41,456 nucleotides of DNA from Candidatus Thorarchaeota archaeon (GTDB lineage: Archaea; Asgardarchaeota; Thorarchaeia; Thorarchaeales; Thorarchaeaceae): assembly GCA_048884965.1 (NCBI GenBank), contig JBHLQH010000032.1, positions 1 to 41,456 on the forward strand. The letters are read 5' to 3'. This document shows positions 29,217-39,300 of the stretch, piece by piece; positions within the stretch are counted from its first letter, which is position 1; every line of letters starts with the position of its first letter. Below the pieces are notes generated by a model. It worked only from the letters and a program-made list of their open reading frames with translations, did no database searches and was not told the origin of the DNA. A program made the translations under genes and the position numbers.

Positions 29217-30710
29217 TTACAATCTTCGCTTAATCTCGATGGCTGATATACCTGCAATAAGTATCATCACAGCAGCGAAGGTCGTTAGCGCCTGCCTTAG
29301 GTATTGGGACGAATCAGGGATAACTTCTACGATTACTGACTCATTGAACAGACCAGACCCGGTATCAATGGACAGCATTACCTCATGAAGCCCTATTTCT
29401 AGTCCATCAACAACTACTACTAGTTCACCGCCGCTTGTCCAGCCAGTACTAGTGATTGTATCATCAATACGAATCTGATAGAGGAGTGGCATACTATCGA
29501 TGATCCATACACTCCATGTCACTTCATTGCCAGATGAGCCCCATATATATGTTAGATTTCCTGTTGAAGATGTCGTAAACCATCGTTCGTTTGCGGCACC
29601 ATTTGAGGATGAAACAACGAAGAGTGGAGAATAGCCAACTCCTTGTAAGCCTACATCATCATAGGCACGAACCTGTATTTGACATCTGTCGAACCGTCCA
29701 TAGCCAGCAATATTCCAAGCGTAACTCTGTGTTTGGAGTCCTGCCGCAACTAACTGGAAGGAGAAACCACCATCGAGTGATACTAGAACCTCGTAGTGAT
29801 GAGATTCGAACCTATTCCTGTCCAAAACATCCCATGTAACTTGCTTGATGTTGCCTTGGCTGAGGACATCGACATTCATAACCACAGGTTGGAAGAAGTT
29901 ACGGAACGTCACATTGGAAAGAGACATCTTCCGTATCATTCCATTGACAGCCGTTCCAGTGAATTCAAAATCGATAGTAATATTCCGCCCCCATCGCCAG
30001 GTGTCATATCTGATGCTGCTACCTTGTGTGGTGCCAGTCTCGGACTCCCGAGTGTCTACTGTCAGCAAGTATTCACCAGCTTGCTTGTCATAGCTATAGA
30101 TACCAACTGCGAGTACGCCATCTCTATCAGCGAAGAAAGAACCAGATTCAAAGCCTAGATTTGCAGTAGCCATACCAAGCCCTAATATACTGGTACCGGC
30201 GGTCCAACCGATAGTTGCAGTATTGTTCCAAAACAAAAGAACATCAGTATCGTTATTTGAGTGGAAGAGATCAAGTTGGACGAAATCACCCAACTGTATA
30301 TTCTCAATGTATTCCCAGCGAAACTGTTGAAGGTCAACGCCCATGAAGAAGGGATCATATTCTTCTTCGGGAATTAATAAGGAACCTGACCGGTTGACAA
30401 TAAGGCCCTTTGAAGCAACCCATGAAATTGTATTGATCTGTGCTTCAGGATTCTCTTCATTCTCCTCAAAACTTGCCTCGACTCTTATAAGATCGCCTTC
30501 GATTATGGAGTCATCACTCAATGGTTGCGGTTCAGGATCGTCATTGGACCACCAGATAATTTGGGGTTCCCTCGCTATGTCATCGTCAGCGAGAAGCTCA
30601 GAAACTGGTCTGAGATCTACGTACATGCAGCTACTTCCGGTTAGAGTTACTGTGCCTAGTAGTATGATCATCAATAGGGAAGCATATCGTACCACTTTCA
30701 TAATCATCAT
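29217..30710 (-). CDS. Membrane-anchored Ig/FN3-domain surface protein with an inserted PPC-like domain
   Basis: Signal peptide; VTWD...YEVLVSLDGG...YAW...IQVRAYD (FN3-like); C-terminal TM followed by KRRL. Confidence 0.7.
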   Translation of the reverse strand: MMIMKVVRYASLLMIILLGTVTLTGSSCMYVDLRPVSELLADDDIAREPQIIWWSNDDPEPQPLSDDSIIEGDLIRVEASFEENEENPEAQINTISWVASKGLIVNRSGSLLIPEEEYDPFFMGVDLQQFRWEYIENIQLGDFVQLDLFHSNNDTDVLLFWNNTATIGWTAGTSILGLGMATANLGFESGSFFADRDGVLAVGIYSYDKQAGEYLLTVDTRESETGTTQGSSIRYDTWRWGRNITIDFEFTGTAVNGMIRKMSLSNVTFRNFFQPVVMNVDVLSQGNIKQVTWDVLDRNRFESHHYEVLVSLDGGFSFQLVAAGLQTQSYAWNIAGYGRFDRCQIQVRAYDDVGLQGVGYSPLFVVSSSNGAANERWFTTSSTGNLTYIWGSSGNEVTWSVWIIDSMPLLYQIRIDDTITSTGWTSGGELVVVVDGLEIGLHEVMLSIDTGSGLFNESVIVEVIPDSSQYLRQALTTFAAVMILIAGISAIEIKRRL

Positions 30711-30809
30711 TCCAAGTGGGGGACAGTCCCTTCTCTATCTCATTCTTTACATGCAAGATTACTTTTAGGCAATTGGGTCAGCGCGATTCGAAAATCTCGA
30801 GGTTTAGCT

Positions 30810-31382
30810 TCATATCTTCTTAATCCATCTGACGAGCTCAGCCTTCATTGCGTTCTCCTGAATAAACTGATCACGAAAATGCTTGTTCTTCAACTGAAGC
30901 CAGATGTTTCGAAAGCCGGCATCGAAGCCAATTATCTTAACAGATGATTCGAGAGGCCCTGCACCAAATGTGGGGATACTGAGAATCAATCCGAGGAGAA
31001 ATAGAACAACTGTCACGTAGAAAAGAGGGTTGATAGGACGACCATACCACAGGTCTCCGCCAGTAGACATTATACCAATGAGCAAAATTGATACTATGAT
31101 GCCATTTGAGAGGGCACAGATGAATTTGCTGCGCTCACGCCCTTCATCAGTTTGATAGTGCTCGTCACAGACATAGACATGAAGAGTCTTCACCCCAGGA
31201 CCGAGAAGCCGTGCTTTAGCTGATGTTCGATATCGTGGATTCTGAACACCATTGGGCGATGCTGAAACCTTAGCAAGTCTATTTGCGGGGCACCCACAAA
31301 TTGGACACATCCTTGGGAATCTCGCTTCCTCAATACCTATACGGATAATGGGGTCCTCAAAGTATTCAGTCCGAGTTGTCAT
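30810..31382 (-). CDS. Membrane protein with an N-terminal Zn-binding motif (CPIC...CDEH) and two TM helices
   Basis: FPRMCPICG, VCDEH, two hydrophobic segments; GGGAGTGA SD. Confidence 0.7.
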   Translation of the reverse strand: MTTRTEYFEDPIIRIGIEEARFPRMCPICGCPANRLAKVSASPNGVQNPRYRTSAKARLLGPGVKTLHVYVCDEHYQTDEGRERSKFICALSNGIIVSILLIGIMSTGGDLWYGRPINPLFYVTVVLFLLGLILSIPTFGAGPLESSVKIIGFDAGFRNIWLQLKNKHFRDQFIQENAMKAELVRWIKKI

Positions 31383-31435
31383 TTCACTCCCTTCTTCGTA
31401 CCTCGAAACAGTAAATTAGTGTGTCGAATAGGACA

Positions 31436-31454
31436 ATGGTCACACTGTGACCAT
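31436..31454. promoter_or_regulatory. Perfect palindrome, putative transcription-factor site upstream of the 190-aa gene
   Basis: ATGGTCACA-C-TGTGACCAT, with an extra half-site GTGACCAT at 31491-31498. Confidence 0.55.
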
Positions 31455-31835
31455 AGATGTGAGCACGTTTTTCCAGTATTAGCATATCCAGTGACCATAT
31501 AATAAGATATTGAGCAACAATGACAAATATGATTGATATTCAAACAACCCCAGTGATGAAGAACAACTTGGCGCTTTCAACCGAAGCCCTATGCTATGCA
31601 TATCTTACTCGCAGGTGATATAATGGCCTTTTCATCTGTACCAAAGAGAGTGCAGCGAAGAACGCCGAAACGCATTTCTTCTACAAGAGCTATCTCTGAA
31701 GCATACTTCAGAAGATGAGGTTGAAGAAAACTCAATGGATGAACCAATAGCTATTCCAAGTATCACCGTAATTCACAGGTTCGGAATGAGTTTGAAGAAT
31801 CTTGTAACGTAGGCTATCTGGACGTCTGGCATCTG

Positions 31836-31913
31836 AAAAAAAAAGCGGAAATGCGATGAAGCAAACACGAAGCACCGCCATAGTTCAACATAATTCGCAT
31901 TTCCCTTTGCTTT
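31836..31913 (-). ncRNA. Putative small structured RNA (stem-loop followed by U9)
   Basis: 10-bp perfect inverted repeat GGAAATGCGA (31847-31856) / TCGCATTTCC (31895-31904). T9 follows on the minus strand; TTTATTA lies ~25 nt upstream. Confidence 0.35.
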
Positions 31914-32006
31914 AAGTATATACTTCCAGCGTTACCCATAATAAACCTTCAATTTTTGGAACATTCAAATAGCTTCAAGGTAGGAAGTAACACAGGTGGT
32001 AAGTGA

Positions 32007-32684
32007 GTGCAAATAGATGTGATTGGAGGAATCTTCTTGATGCTCGTGTTCGCCCTACCAATCATTATCTTGGTCTTTCTTGCTATTAATTGTCTTAGGA
32101 ATGAAGCTCCTAGAACCGATAGAATATACATTTGGACAGAGCAACTCGAGAGCTCTGCAAGAAGACTCAAACTTAGGTATGTATCGGATTATAATGTCGA
32201 GAGCGAGATACGAATGACGACTCCAGAAGAGATTGCAATCTCTTCAAAAGCAATAGATGATTCATCCCTCGATCCTACCGCCGAACCTGAACTTCCGTTT
32301 GGGCGATATGATCCTCCACAATACACTTTCAAGAAGCTTACTTCATTAGGTCTAGAACTCTGGACCAAGAAGATGCATGCCCGTAAAGATTCATTCAATG
32401 TTGACAAACGAAGTTCATTCCTTTACAAAGAAGCACTTGATGAGTTAGCGAAACTCGGATTGACAATCATCGATGCACAAGAAACAATAACGGGATCGCT
32501 CTATGCAGCAGGTATTGACGCCAGTGGCTATGATCCCTCTCCAAAAGAGCGAGTCATTGTGAAAATACGAATCTATGGAACAAAGAGATCCGAAATGTCT
32601 GTTGTGGAGCTTTCGGTCTTCTCTCGTGATGATACACAAGTCAATTCTCTACTTGAGCAAATCAAACAGCTATTATGGCAATAG
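32007..32684 (+). CDS. Hypothetical protein with an N-terminal membrane anchor
   Basis: GTG start after AGGTGG; a single N-terminal TM; soluble alpha/beta C-terminal part. Confidence 0.7.
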   Translation: MQIDVIGGIFLMLVFALPIIILVFLAINCLRNEAPRTDRIYIWTEQLESSARRLKLRYVSDYNVESEIRMTTPEEIAISSKAIDDSSLDPTAEPELPFGRYDPPQYTFKKLTSLGLELWTKKMHARKDSFNVDKRSSFLYKEALDELAKLGLTIIDAQETITGSLYAAGIDASGYDPSPKERVIVKIRIYGTKRSEMSVVELSVFSRDDTQVNSLLEQIKQLLWQ

Positions 32685-32708
32685 GTGAAAGAAGAAGACT
32701 TTGGGACA

Positions 32709-32820
32709 GGAACAGCGGCATCCCATGGAAAGAAGTGAGAGAGATTGGATTACTTTGACCGGAGCAGTCATGTTTCATCCTTCACTTATAGCCGCTGTTC
32801 CCGAGACGAAGAGAATCGGC
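32709..32820. ncRNA. Putative structured RNA or long intergenic stem-loop between convergent genes
   Basis: GGAACAGCGGC (32709-32719) / GCCGCTGTTCC (32791-32801) enclosing nested AAGTGA/TCACTT, GGAT/ATCC and TGAC/GTCA pairings. Confidence 0.4.
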
Positions 32821-32916
32821 TCAACACATACAAGTACTAGAAAGGATATCATTCTAATTCTGGAACAGGATATTCGAAAGTTTTTCCTTTAGATTGAGTC
32901 AGTACTGAGTTGCTAC

Positions 32917-34047
32917 TCAAATTCGGGAGGTGCGTTTCAGTGCAAACAATATCACGAGCCCAAGGGTGCACCCGATTGCAGCCCCAATTGTAATTCTGGT
33001 GAAGGCCATACTATTGTCCTTGAGCACAATAACAGTCACTGGGTCACTTTCGGTGATGAATAGTCCAGAGGAGATTCGAAGGGAAAAATGATAGGTTCCA
33101 AGCGGCAAATTCTCGATTCTGTAATTCGCAGCATATCCTAGGAAGGGACCTTGCTTCACAATGACACCATCACGTAATACGGCATAGGTTCCGCTAGAGG
33201 AATTCTCTACAATCCATTGAAGTATGGTATCATTCGTTCCTTCAAGCACCTCAACTGGGCTTGCACCTTGAAAGGTAATGGAAATGGTTGGCGGAGGATT
33301 AATGTGATCATTCCAAAAGTCATAGCTCTCCATCTCTGCTTTCAATCCTACACTATCGATCACCCGAACCATGATTTTGTAGTTCCTTGTGATGAACCCC
33401 GTCGAATCCCAGTCATAGCTTGTGCTGTTCAGATTCGAGGCAATCAACTGGTATGTATTACCGCCATCACCCGAAAGAAGGATAGTCGCCCGCAGAGCAT
33501 CATCAATGTTCGCATCTGACGCATCCCATGTTACCGTTAATACTGCACCATCTCCAGATACTTCAACCTTGGACAACTCAGGTGCGAATGTGTTGATGAT
33601 TGTTACATTCTCATAGTACGCGGTATATCTCGTCCCATTCAATGTTATGGCGGTCAGATAGATTTGTGAAGTGTAGTTGTATGCGAGCCATGGAAATGAA
33701 AAAGTGGAATTGTGACCAATAGTTGTCTGGCTATGGAATGTTCCAGTTTCATTGAGTTTTATCGTGATGTTCGATATTTCTAGTTCAGGAGCAGCTGGTG
33801 TATCGGATGTAATATTCAATTGTATCCGATTACCAACAATAAGTGTGTCATTGACAAGCTCAGTTGGAAATGGGTTCTCATAAGAAGTCCAATTGATCGT
33901 TAGAGGAGATGACACTGAGCTTGTGACGAACATGACAGTTGATGGTTGAATTGATTTCACTTCTATGCTCAGAACTCCTCCGGAAGTAAGAAGCACCATA
34001 GTTACCAAAGCCAATGTCAGGCATTTCATTGTATTCACCCTCATCAC
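32917..34047 (-). CDS. Membrane-anchored Ig/FN3-domain surface protein, paralog of 29217..30710
   Basis: Signal peptide; VTWD...LLSGDGGNTYQLIA...YDW...IMVRVIDSVGL; C-terminal TM followed by KR. Confidence 0.72.
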   Translation of the reverse strand: MMRVNTMKCLTLALVTMVLLTSGGVLSIEVKSIQPSTVMFVTSSVSSPLTINWTSYENPFPTELVNDTLIVGNRIQLNITSDTPAAPELEISNITIKLNETGTFHSQTTIGHNSTFSFPWLAYNYTSQIYLTAITLNGTRYTAYYENVTIINTFAPELSKVEVSGDGAVLTVTWDASDANIDDALRATILLSGDGGNTYQLIASNLNSTSYDWDSTGFITRNYKIMVRVIDSVGLKAEMESYDFWNDHINPPPTISITFQGASPVEVLEGTNDTILQWIVENSSSGTYAVLRDGVIVKQGPFLGYAANYRIENLPLGTYHFSLRISSGLFITESDPVTVIVLKDNSMAFTRITIGAAIGCTLGLVILFALKRTSRI

Positions 34048-34171
34048 ACAAACAGTACATACTTGACGTCAAATATTATCAATCTAGTTTCAGTACAACT
34101 AGTTCTACTTCTTGACAACCCTTAATCGGGTGTGAAATAAGTGATAGATGAGAGGACAAGTATCAACACTA

Positions 34172-34537
34172 TCAGTCAGCGGTCATAACGGAAGTCTCTC
34201 GAACAGAATATAGATACTCACATCCCTTCTGTTCAGAAACCTCAACCATATTCCACTTAGTCAATGCAATGATATTCCTAAAGACATCAGAAGGATCCAG
34301 TTGGACGTCTTTTGAGATTTCTGTGATCGATTTGGCCTCTTTACCTAGAGACCTTAGAATCATGCTTCGCTCGTGCTCTTCCTGAACTGTCTTGATGATC
34401 AGCTCTTGCAGATGCTCCATCTCTAGCTCACCTTTCTGCATAAGCAAGTCACCCTTACCTATCAACCATCTTAGCCGTTCACTTGAGAACACATCGTACA
34501 TGGCATCGATCTTCTCATGAGTGGCAATTTCCTTCAC
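34172..34537 (-). CDS. Small winged-helix protein, last gene of the hdr operon
   Basis: GTG start overlapping the hdrA stop (TAGTG) with a GGAGGTGA SD; SITEISKDVQLDPSDVFRNIIAL HTH plus beta wing; N-terminal ERLRWLIGKG. Confidence 0.75.
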   Translation of the reverse strand: MKEIATHEKIDAMYDVFSSERLRWLIGKGDLLMQKGELEMEHLQELIIKTVQEEHERSMILRSLGKEAKSITEISKDVQLDPSDVFRNIIALTKWNMVEVSEQKGCEYLYSVRETSVMTAD

Positions 34538-35874
34538 TAGTGCTCACCTCCATTTGAGAGAACAATACTCGCCCTCATCGCTGCTGCACTGCCTGATGCA
34601 ACGCTATCTGGAATGTCCTTGGCACCCTCGGCACAACCGCATACAAATATTCCTGGCACTTTCGTATCTACAGGAGCAATCAGCGGATCCAATACCTCCA
34701 CAAAGCCCTCTGTATCGAGTTCAATGCCAAACATCTCCCCAATTGATCGCATCTCAGCAGTCGCCTTGACTCCGGGACAAAGCACAACAAGCTCATGTTC
34801 ATCCTGTCTGAGCGCTCCAATCTCTGTATCCTCAACTGAAAGAATCAGGTTCTTGTTCTTAGCAACCTCGTTCACTTCACCGACTCTTCCGCGAAGGAAT
34901 CGCACACCAAAACGATTCTTGGCCATTTCTGTGAATTCTTCGAATCCTTTGCCAAACGCTCGAATGTCCACATAATAGAGAGTCACGTTCTTTATGACAT
35001 CATGTTGGAGCTCTTTCGCCATAACAGCATTCTTGATCGCATACATACAGCAAATACGAGAGCAGTTGGGAACACCATGGCGAAGGTCTCTTGCACCTAC
35101 ACATTGTATGAAAGCAATGGACTTTGGAACCTTACCATCACTAAGACGCTGCAATCTTCCTCCAGTTGGACCTGCGGCATTGATGAGCCGCTCATATTCC
35201 AGAGCTGTAATGACGTTCTTGAATTTTCCATATCCAAAGCGATGGAATGGACGAACATCTACCAAGTTGTACCCGGTGGCAATCACAACTGCACCAACAG
35301 GAATGTCCACCACTTCTTCTGACATATCAAGATCTATCGCCTTTCGATCGCAATTCTTGACGCACATCTCACACTTGATGCAGTTCCTCTCATCTATGGT
35401 GTAGACCAAAGGAGTATTCTGAGGGAAGCCGATGTAAATGGCTTTTCTTACTCCAAGATTCTGATCAAACTCATTTGGAACTTCGATAGGACAGTGCGGA
35501 ACGCACTCTCCGCATCCAGAGCAATTACCATTTACCTTTCTGGCTTTCTTTCTGACACGTGCTTTAAAATCACCCGCTGAACCCGAGAGCCCTTCAACTT
35601 CAGAGTAGGTCAACAACTCGATATTCGGATGCCGAGCAACTTCAGATAATCGAGGGGTCAAGATACATGCAGAGCAGTCTAAAGTTGGAAAGGTCTTATC
35701 CAACATCGCCATCACACCACCTATTGAAGGTGTCTTCTCAACTAGGATAACCTTGAAATCCTGATTTGCCAAATCCAATGCAGCCTGCATTCCTGCAACT
35801 CCACCTCCGACTACCAAAGCAGTTTCATTTGGTAAGAATGAGTCAAAGCTAACATGATTTCCAGCATGTGTCAT
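34537..35874 (-). CDS. hdrA: Short HdrA-like flavoprotein (FAD/TrxR core with inserted ferredoxin; no N-terminal or C-terminal Fe-S domains)
   Basis: GGGVAG, LDKTFPTLDCSAC, CSGCGEC..C, CIKCEMC..C, LEYERL, CVGAR, CSRICCMYAIK, KDIPDSV. Confidence 0.9.
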   Translation of the reverse strand: MTHAGNHVSFDSFLPNETALVVGGGVAGMQAALDLANQDFKVILVEKTPSIGGVMAMLDKTFPTLDCSACILTPRLSEVARHPNIELLTYSEVEGLSGSAGDFKARVRKKARKVNGNCSGCGECVPHCPIEVPNEFDQNLGVRKAIYIGFPQNTPLVYTIDERNCIKCEMCVKNCDRKAIDLDMSEEVVDIPVGAVVIATGYNLVDVRPFHRFGYGKFKNVITALEYERLINAAGPTGGRLQRLSDGKVPKSIAFIQCVGARDLRHGVPNCSRICCMYAIKNAVMAKELQHDVIKNVTLYYVDIRAFGKGFEEFTEMAKNRFGVRFLRGRVGEVNEVAKNKNLILSVEDTEIGALRQDEHELVVLCPGVKATAEMRSIGEMFGIELDTEGFVEVLDPLIAPVDTKVPGIFVCGCAEGAKDIPDSVASGSAAAMRASIVLSNGGEH

Positions 35875-36317
35875 TTCGCTTCACCTCCTGTTTTGACGGG
35901 ATTGGGACCGATAGCCTTGAGGCTCTCTGTCATTGTTGTGATGCCGTCCGCCCATTTCTGCCCCTCAGAAGCGCTAGCCCATAGAAGCTTGAGTCTATCC
36001 GGGTGTAGCCCCATATGTTCCATTGCGGCTTGGAGCGCCATATGACGAATCCTTGTACGATAGTTTCCATCTGAATAATGGCAGTCGCCAATGTGGCAGC
36101 CGCTGATCATTACACCGTCTGCTCCATTCCTGAACGCTTCGATAACCATGAGTGGATCAACACGACCCGAACACATTAGGCGTATGACCTTCGCATTAGG
36201 AGGGTATTGGATCCTTGATATTCCTGCAAAATCAGCCCCTCCATAGCTACACCAATTACAGGTGAAGGCAACGATGTTTGGCTCAAAGTCCTTATTCTTC
36301 CCTTTCGTTCTGCTCAT
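35871..36317 (-). CDS. mvhD: MvhD/FlpD [2Fe-2S] subunit
   Basis: FTCNWCSYGGAD, RLMCSGRV, GADGV, GCHIGDCHY..GN, SASEG. Confidence 0.95.
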   Translation of the reverse strand: MSRTKGKNKDFEPNIVAFTCNWCSYGGADFAGISRIQYPPNAKVIRLMCSGRVDPLMVIEAFRNGADGVMISGCHIGDCHYSDGNYRTRIRHMALQAAMEHMGLHPDRLKLLWASASEGQKWADGITTMTESLKAIGPNPVKTGGEAK

Positions 36318-39300
36318 TCTACTATCCCTCCTCTAGGTCTTGAAGCCGCTCGTATTTGCGGCATTATCTGGTCATACCTGTAATGTTGAACATCAATTGC
36401 ATTCTGAGGGCATCCGGCTGCACAAGTCCCACAACCTTGACAAAGCTCGAACATTACCTTTCGCTCATCTTTATCGCCAGAGATAGCTCCAAAGGGACAG
36501 ATCTCTGCACAGAGATTGCAATCGATACACAGGCCAGTGTCAATCTCAGCAAAAATGGGTTCCACCTTGAATTCGCCAGGCGCCATCAGAGACTGTGCGC
36601 CAGCGGCTGCAGCTTTCCCATATGCTACTGCCTTGGGTATGTCCATTGGTCCTAACACGGCTCCTGCCAAAAAGACACCTTCTCTAAACGTATCCACAGG
36701 ACGTAGTTTCGGATGTGCTTCTGTGAGGAAGCCATACTCACCTGTAGAGACATTGATTTTCCTAGAGAGTTGCTGCGTGTCTTTGTTAGGAATCATGGAC
36801 GAAACGAGAACGACCATATCGAAAGTCTTCTGCAGCAATTCACCAGTATAGAGGTCTTCCGCGAGAACGGTCAACGTTTTATCAGTCACATTCTCCTCGA
36901 TCTCAGATGGTCGCCCTTTAACGATGATGACTCCCATCTCTCTTGCTCGTCTATAGAGACCCTCGTATCCTAGACCGTGTGTTCGGATATCCATTGCGAA
37001 TATTGTCACTTCTGTTTCGGGATATTTCTCCTTTATCTGGGTCGCTTGTTTTAATGAGTTCTCACATCCATAGTAGCAACAGTAATCCTGATTGGTCCTT
37101 CGGTCTCTAGATCCTACGCACTGGACGAAGGCTACACTCTTTGGAACTGCTTGATCTGATGGCCGCTTGACTTTCCCATGAGTATGACCTGCGGCGTTCG
37201 TTAATCGTTCCAGCTGTGCATTTGTGATGACATTTTCAAATACGCCATAACCAAACTCACGAGTTTCAGAAGGATCATATATGTCGAAGCCTGTTGCAAC
37301 CACAATCGTGCCAACTTCGAGGGTCTGATAGGAATCAGTCATTGAGTGATCTATTGCATCCTTCGGGCATGCATCGACACAACGCATACACTCTGAACAT
37401 ACTCCACATGACATGCATCGATTCGCTTCAAGCAACGCAGTCTTTTCGCTAAAACCTCGTTCAACTTCTGAGAATGATTTCGTCCGTTTACTGCTGGCTA
37501 CCTTCACTATTGGGTAACGAGGTACTTTTGAAACCTCTTTCAGACCAAGTTCTGCTTGGGGTATTGGATTGAATTGGATTTTCCTATCCAAGGTTAGACC
37601 AAGGCTTCGTAGATAGCGGGTGATTGATTCTGCAGCTTCCTGTCCAGCTTTGACTGCGTCGATAACAAGACCACCTCCTGTAGTCAGGTCACCACCAGCA
37701 AACACTCCTTTCATGCTGGTTTCCAAGGTTTCTGGGTCTACCTCAGGGGTTCCCCATTTTGTGAGGGATAGTTCTGAGTGCGGTCCTTTGGGACTGACAC
37801 CTTGACCCACTGCGATGATGATGTCAGTTGCTTTCATCTCGAACTCAGAATTCTTGATTGGAATTGGTCTTCTTCTTCCTGATTCGTCAGGCTCCCCGAG
37901 ACGCATTCTTATGCAATTTACACCGACGATCTTAGTTCCATCAGTCTGTATCTCGATAGGACTAGCTAGCACTTCCAATTGTATGCCTTCTTCTTCTGCA
38001 TCTCGAATTTCCTGATATATTGCGGGCATCTCAGAACGGGATCGCCGGTACAAAATTGTTACATATTTAGATCCAAGTCGTCTAGCAGTTCTTGCTGCAT
38101 CTACTGCAGCATTCCCTCCACCGACGACAATAACGCGGTTCCCTAGCTTTATCATATTACCACTGTTGACTTCATCCAGGAACTCCAACGCATAGTGTAC
38201 ACCTGAGGCATCCTCACCGGGAATCAGAAGCTTTCTACTCTCAAGTGCCCCTATTGCTAGAAAGACAGCTTTGAAACCTTTCTCGAATAAGCTGGAACAA
38301 CTATGTACTCGAGATCCTAACTTGATCTTCACTCCGAGATCCCTTACCATCTGAATCTCTTCAGAGAGGATTTCCCTTGGCAGTCTATGTTCAGGTATAC
38401 CCCATCTGAGCAATCCCCCAGGTTCTTCCCGAGCTTCGAAAATGGTCACGGGATATCCTTGTCGCGCAAGTCTCTCTCCACAAGCGATTCCAGCTGGCCC
38501 AGCACCAACAATCGCCACTGCTTCCTCCTTTTCGATGTCTATTGGATGAGGTTCATACGCTTTTTGCTCACGCTCATAATCAGCTAGCCATCTATGTAGA
38601 TTTCGAATGTCAACACTTTCGTCGACAAGATTCCTTGCACATTCTGTTTCACAAATACCGGGACACACCCTACCAAGAACACCAGGGAATGGAATAGCCT
38701 TTCGAACTTCCTCCAGAGCCGCTGCATACTCTCCTATCCTCATCAATGCAATGAATGCCTGAGCGTTGACATGGGCAGGACAGGTGATTCTACATTCAGG
38801 ATCACCTCTCTTCGTTATTGTATGAGCGTTGGGGGTGGCTTGAGGAAAAGGTATGTGGACCGCCTTTCTAAAACCCAATCCGAATTCGTATTCATTCTTC
38901 ACCTCGGAGGGACAAACCTTTTCACAATCAGTACATGCATTGCATAAGTTGGGATCTATGTACCTGGCCTTTCTTCTTACTCTAACATTGAAATTCCCAA
39001 CATACCCATCCACCTTGTCAATTTCACTATAGGTCATCAGTTCTATATTGGGATGTCTACCAACTTCAGCCATGATAGGTCCCAAGATACATATCGAGCA
39101 ATCATTCTGAGGAAAGACCTTATCCAGTAGAGCCATCTGTCCGCCAATTGTTGGTCGCTTCTCGATAAGATAGGTTTGAAATCCTGCTTTTGCAAGGTCA
39201 AGAGCCGCGGAGATACCTGCAACGCCACCACCAATCACAGCAGTTCTTCTAGTAACTGGTACGACTTGCTTCTCAAGCTCCTCCAAGTTTCGTACTCTTT

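Noticed and set aside
31616-31915. TGA readthrough extending the micro-ORF, with the 31847-31904 hairpin as a SECIS
   Set aside because: It would need three TGA readthroughs with no redox motif, and the hairpin lacks the 3' GA needed for the SECIS kink-turn core.
32755-32770. SRP RNA helix-8-like sequence (GACCGGAGCAGTC)
   Set aside because: It lacks the CAGG...GNRA...AGCA arrangement, and the gap is too short for an archaeal 7S RNA.
32701-32892. 63-aa ORF over the stem-loop
   Set aside because: TTG start and no protein-like features; the region is better explained by RNA structure.
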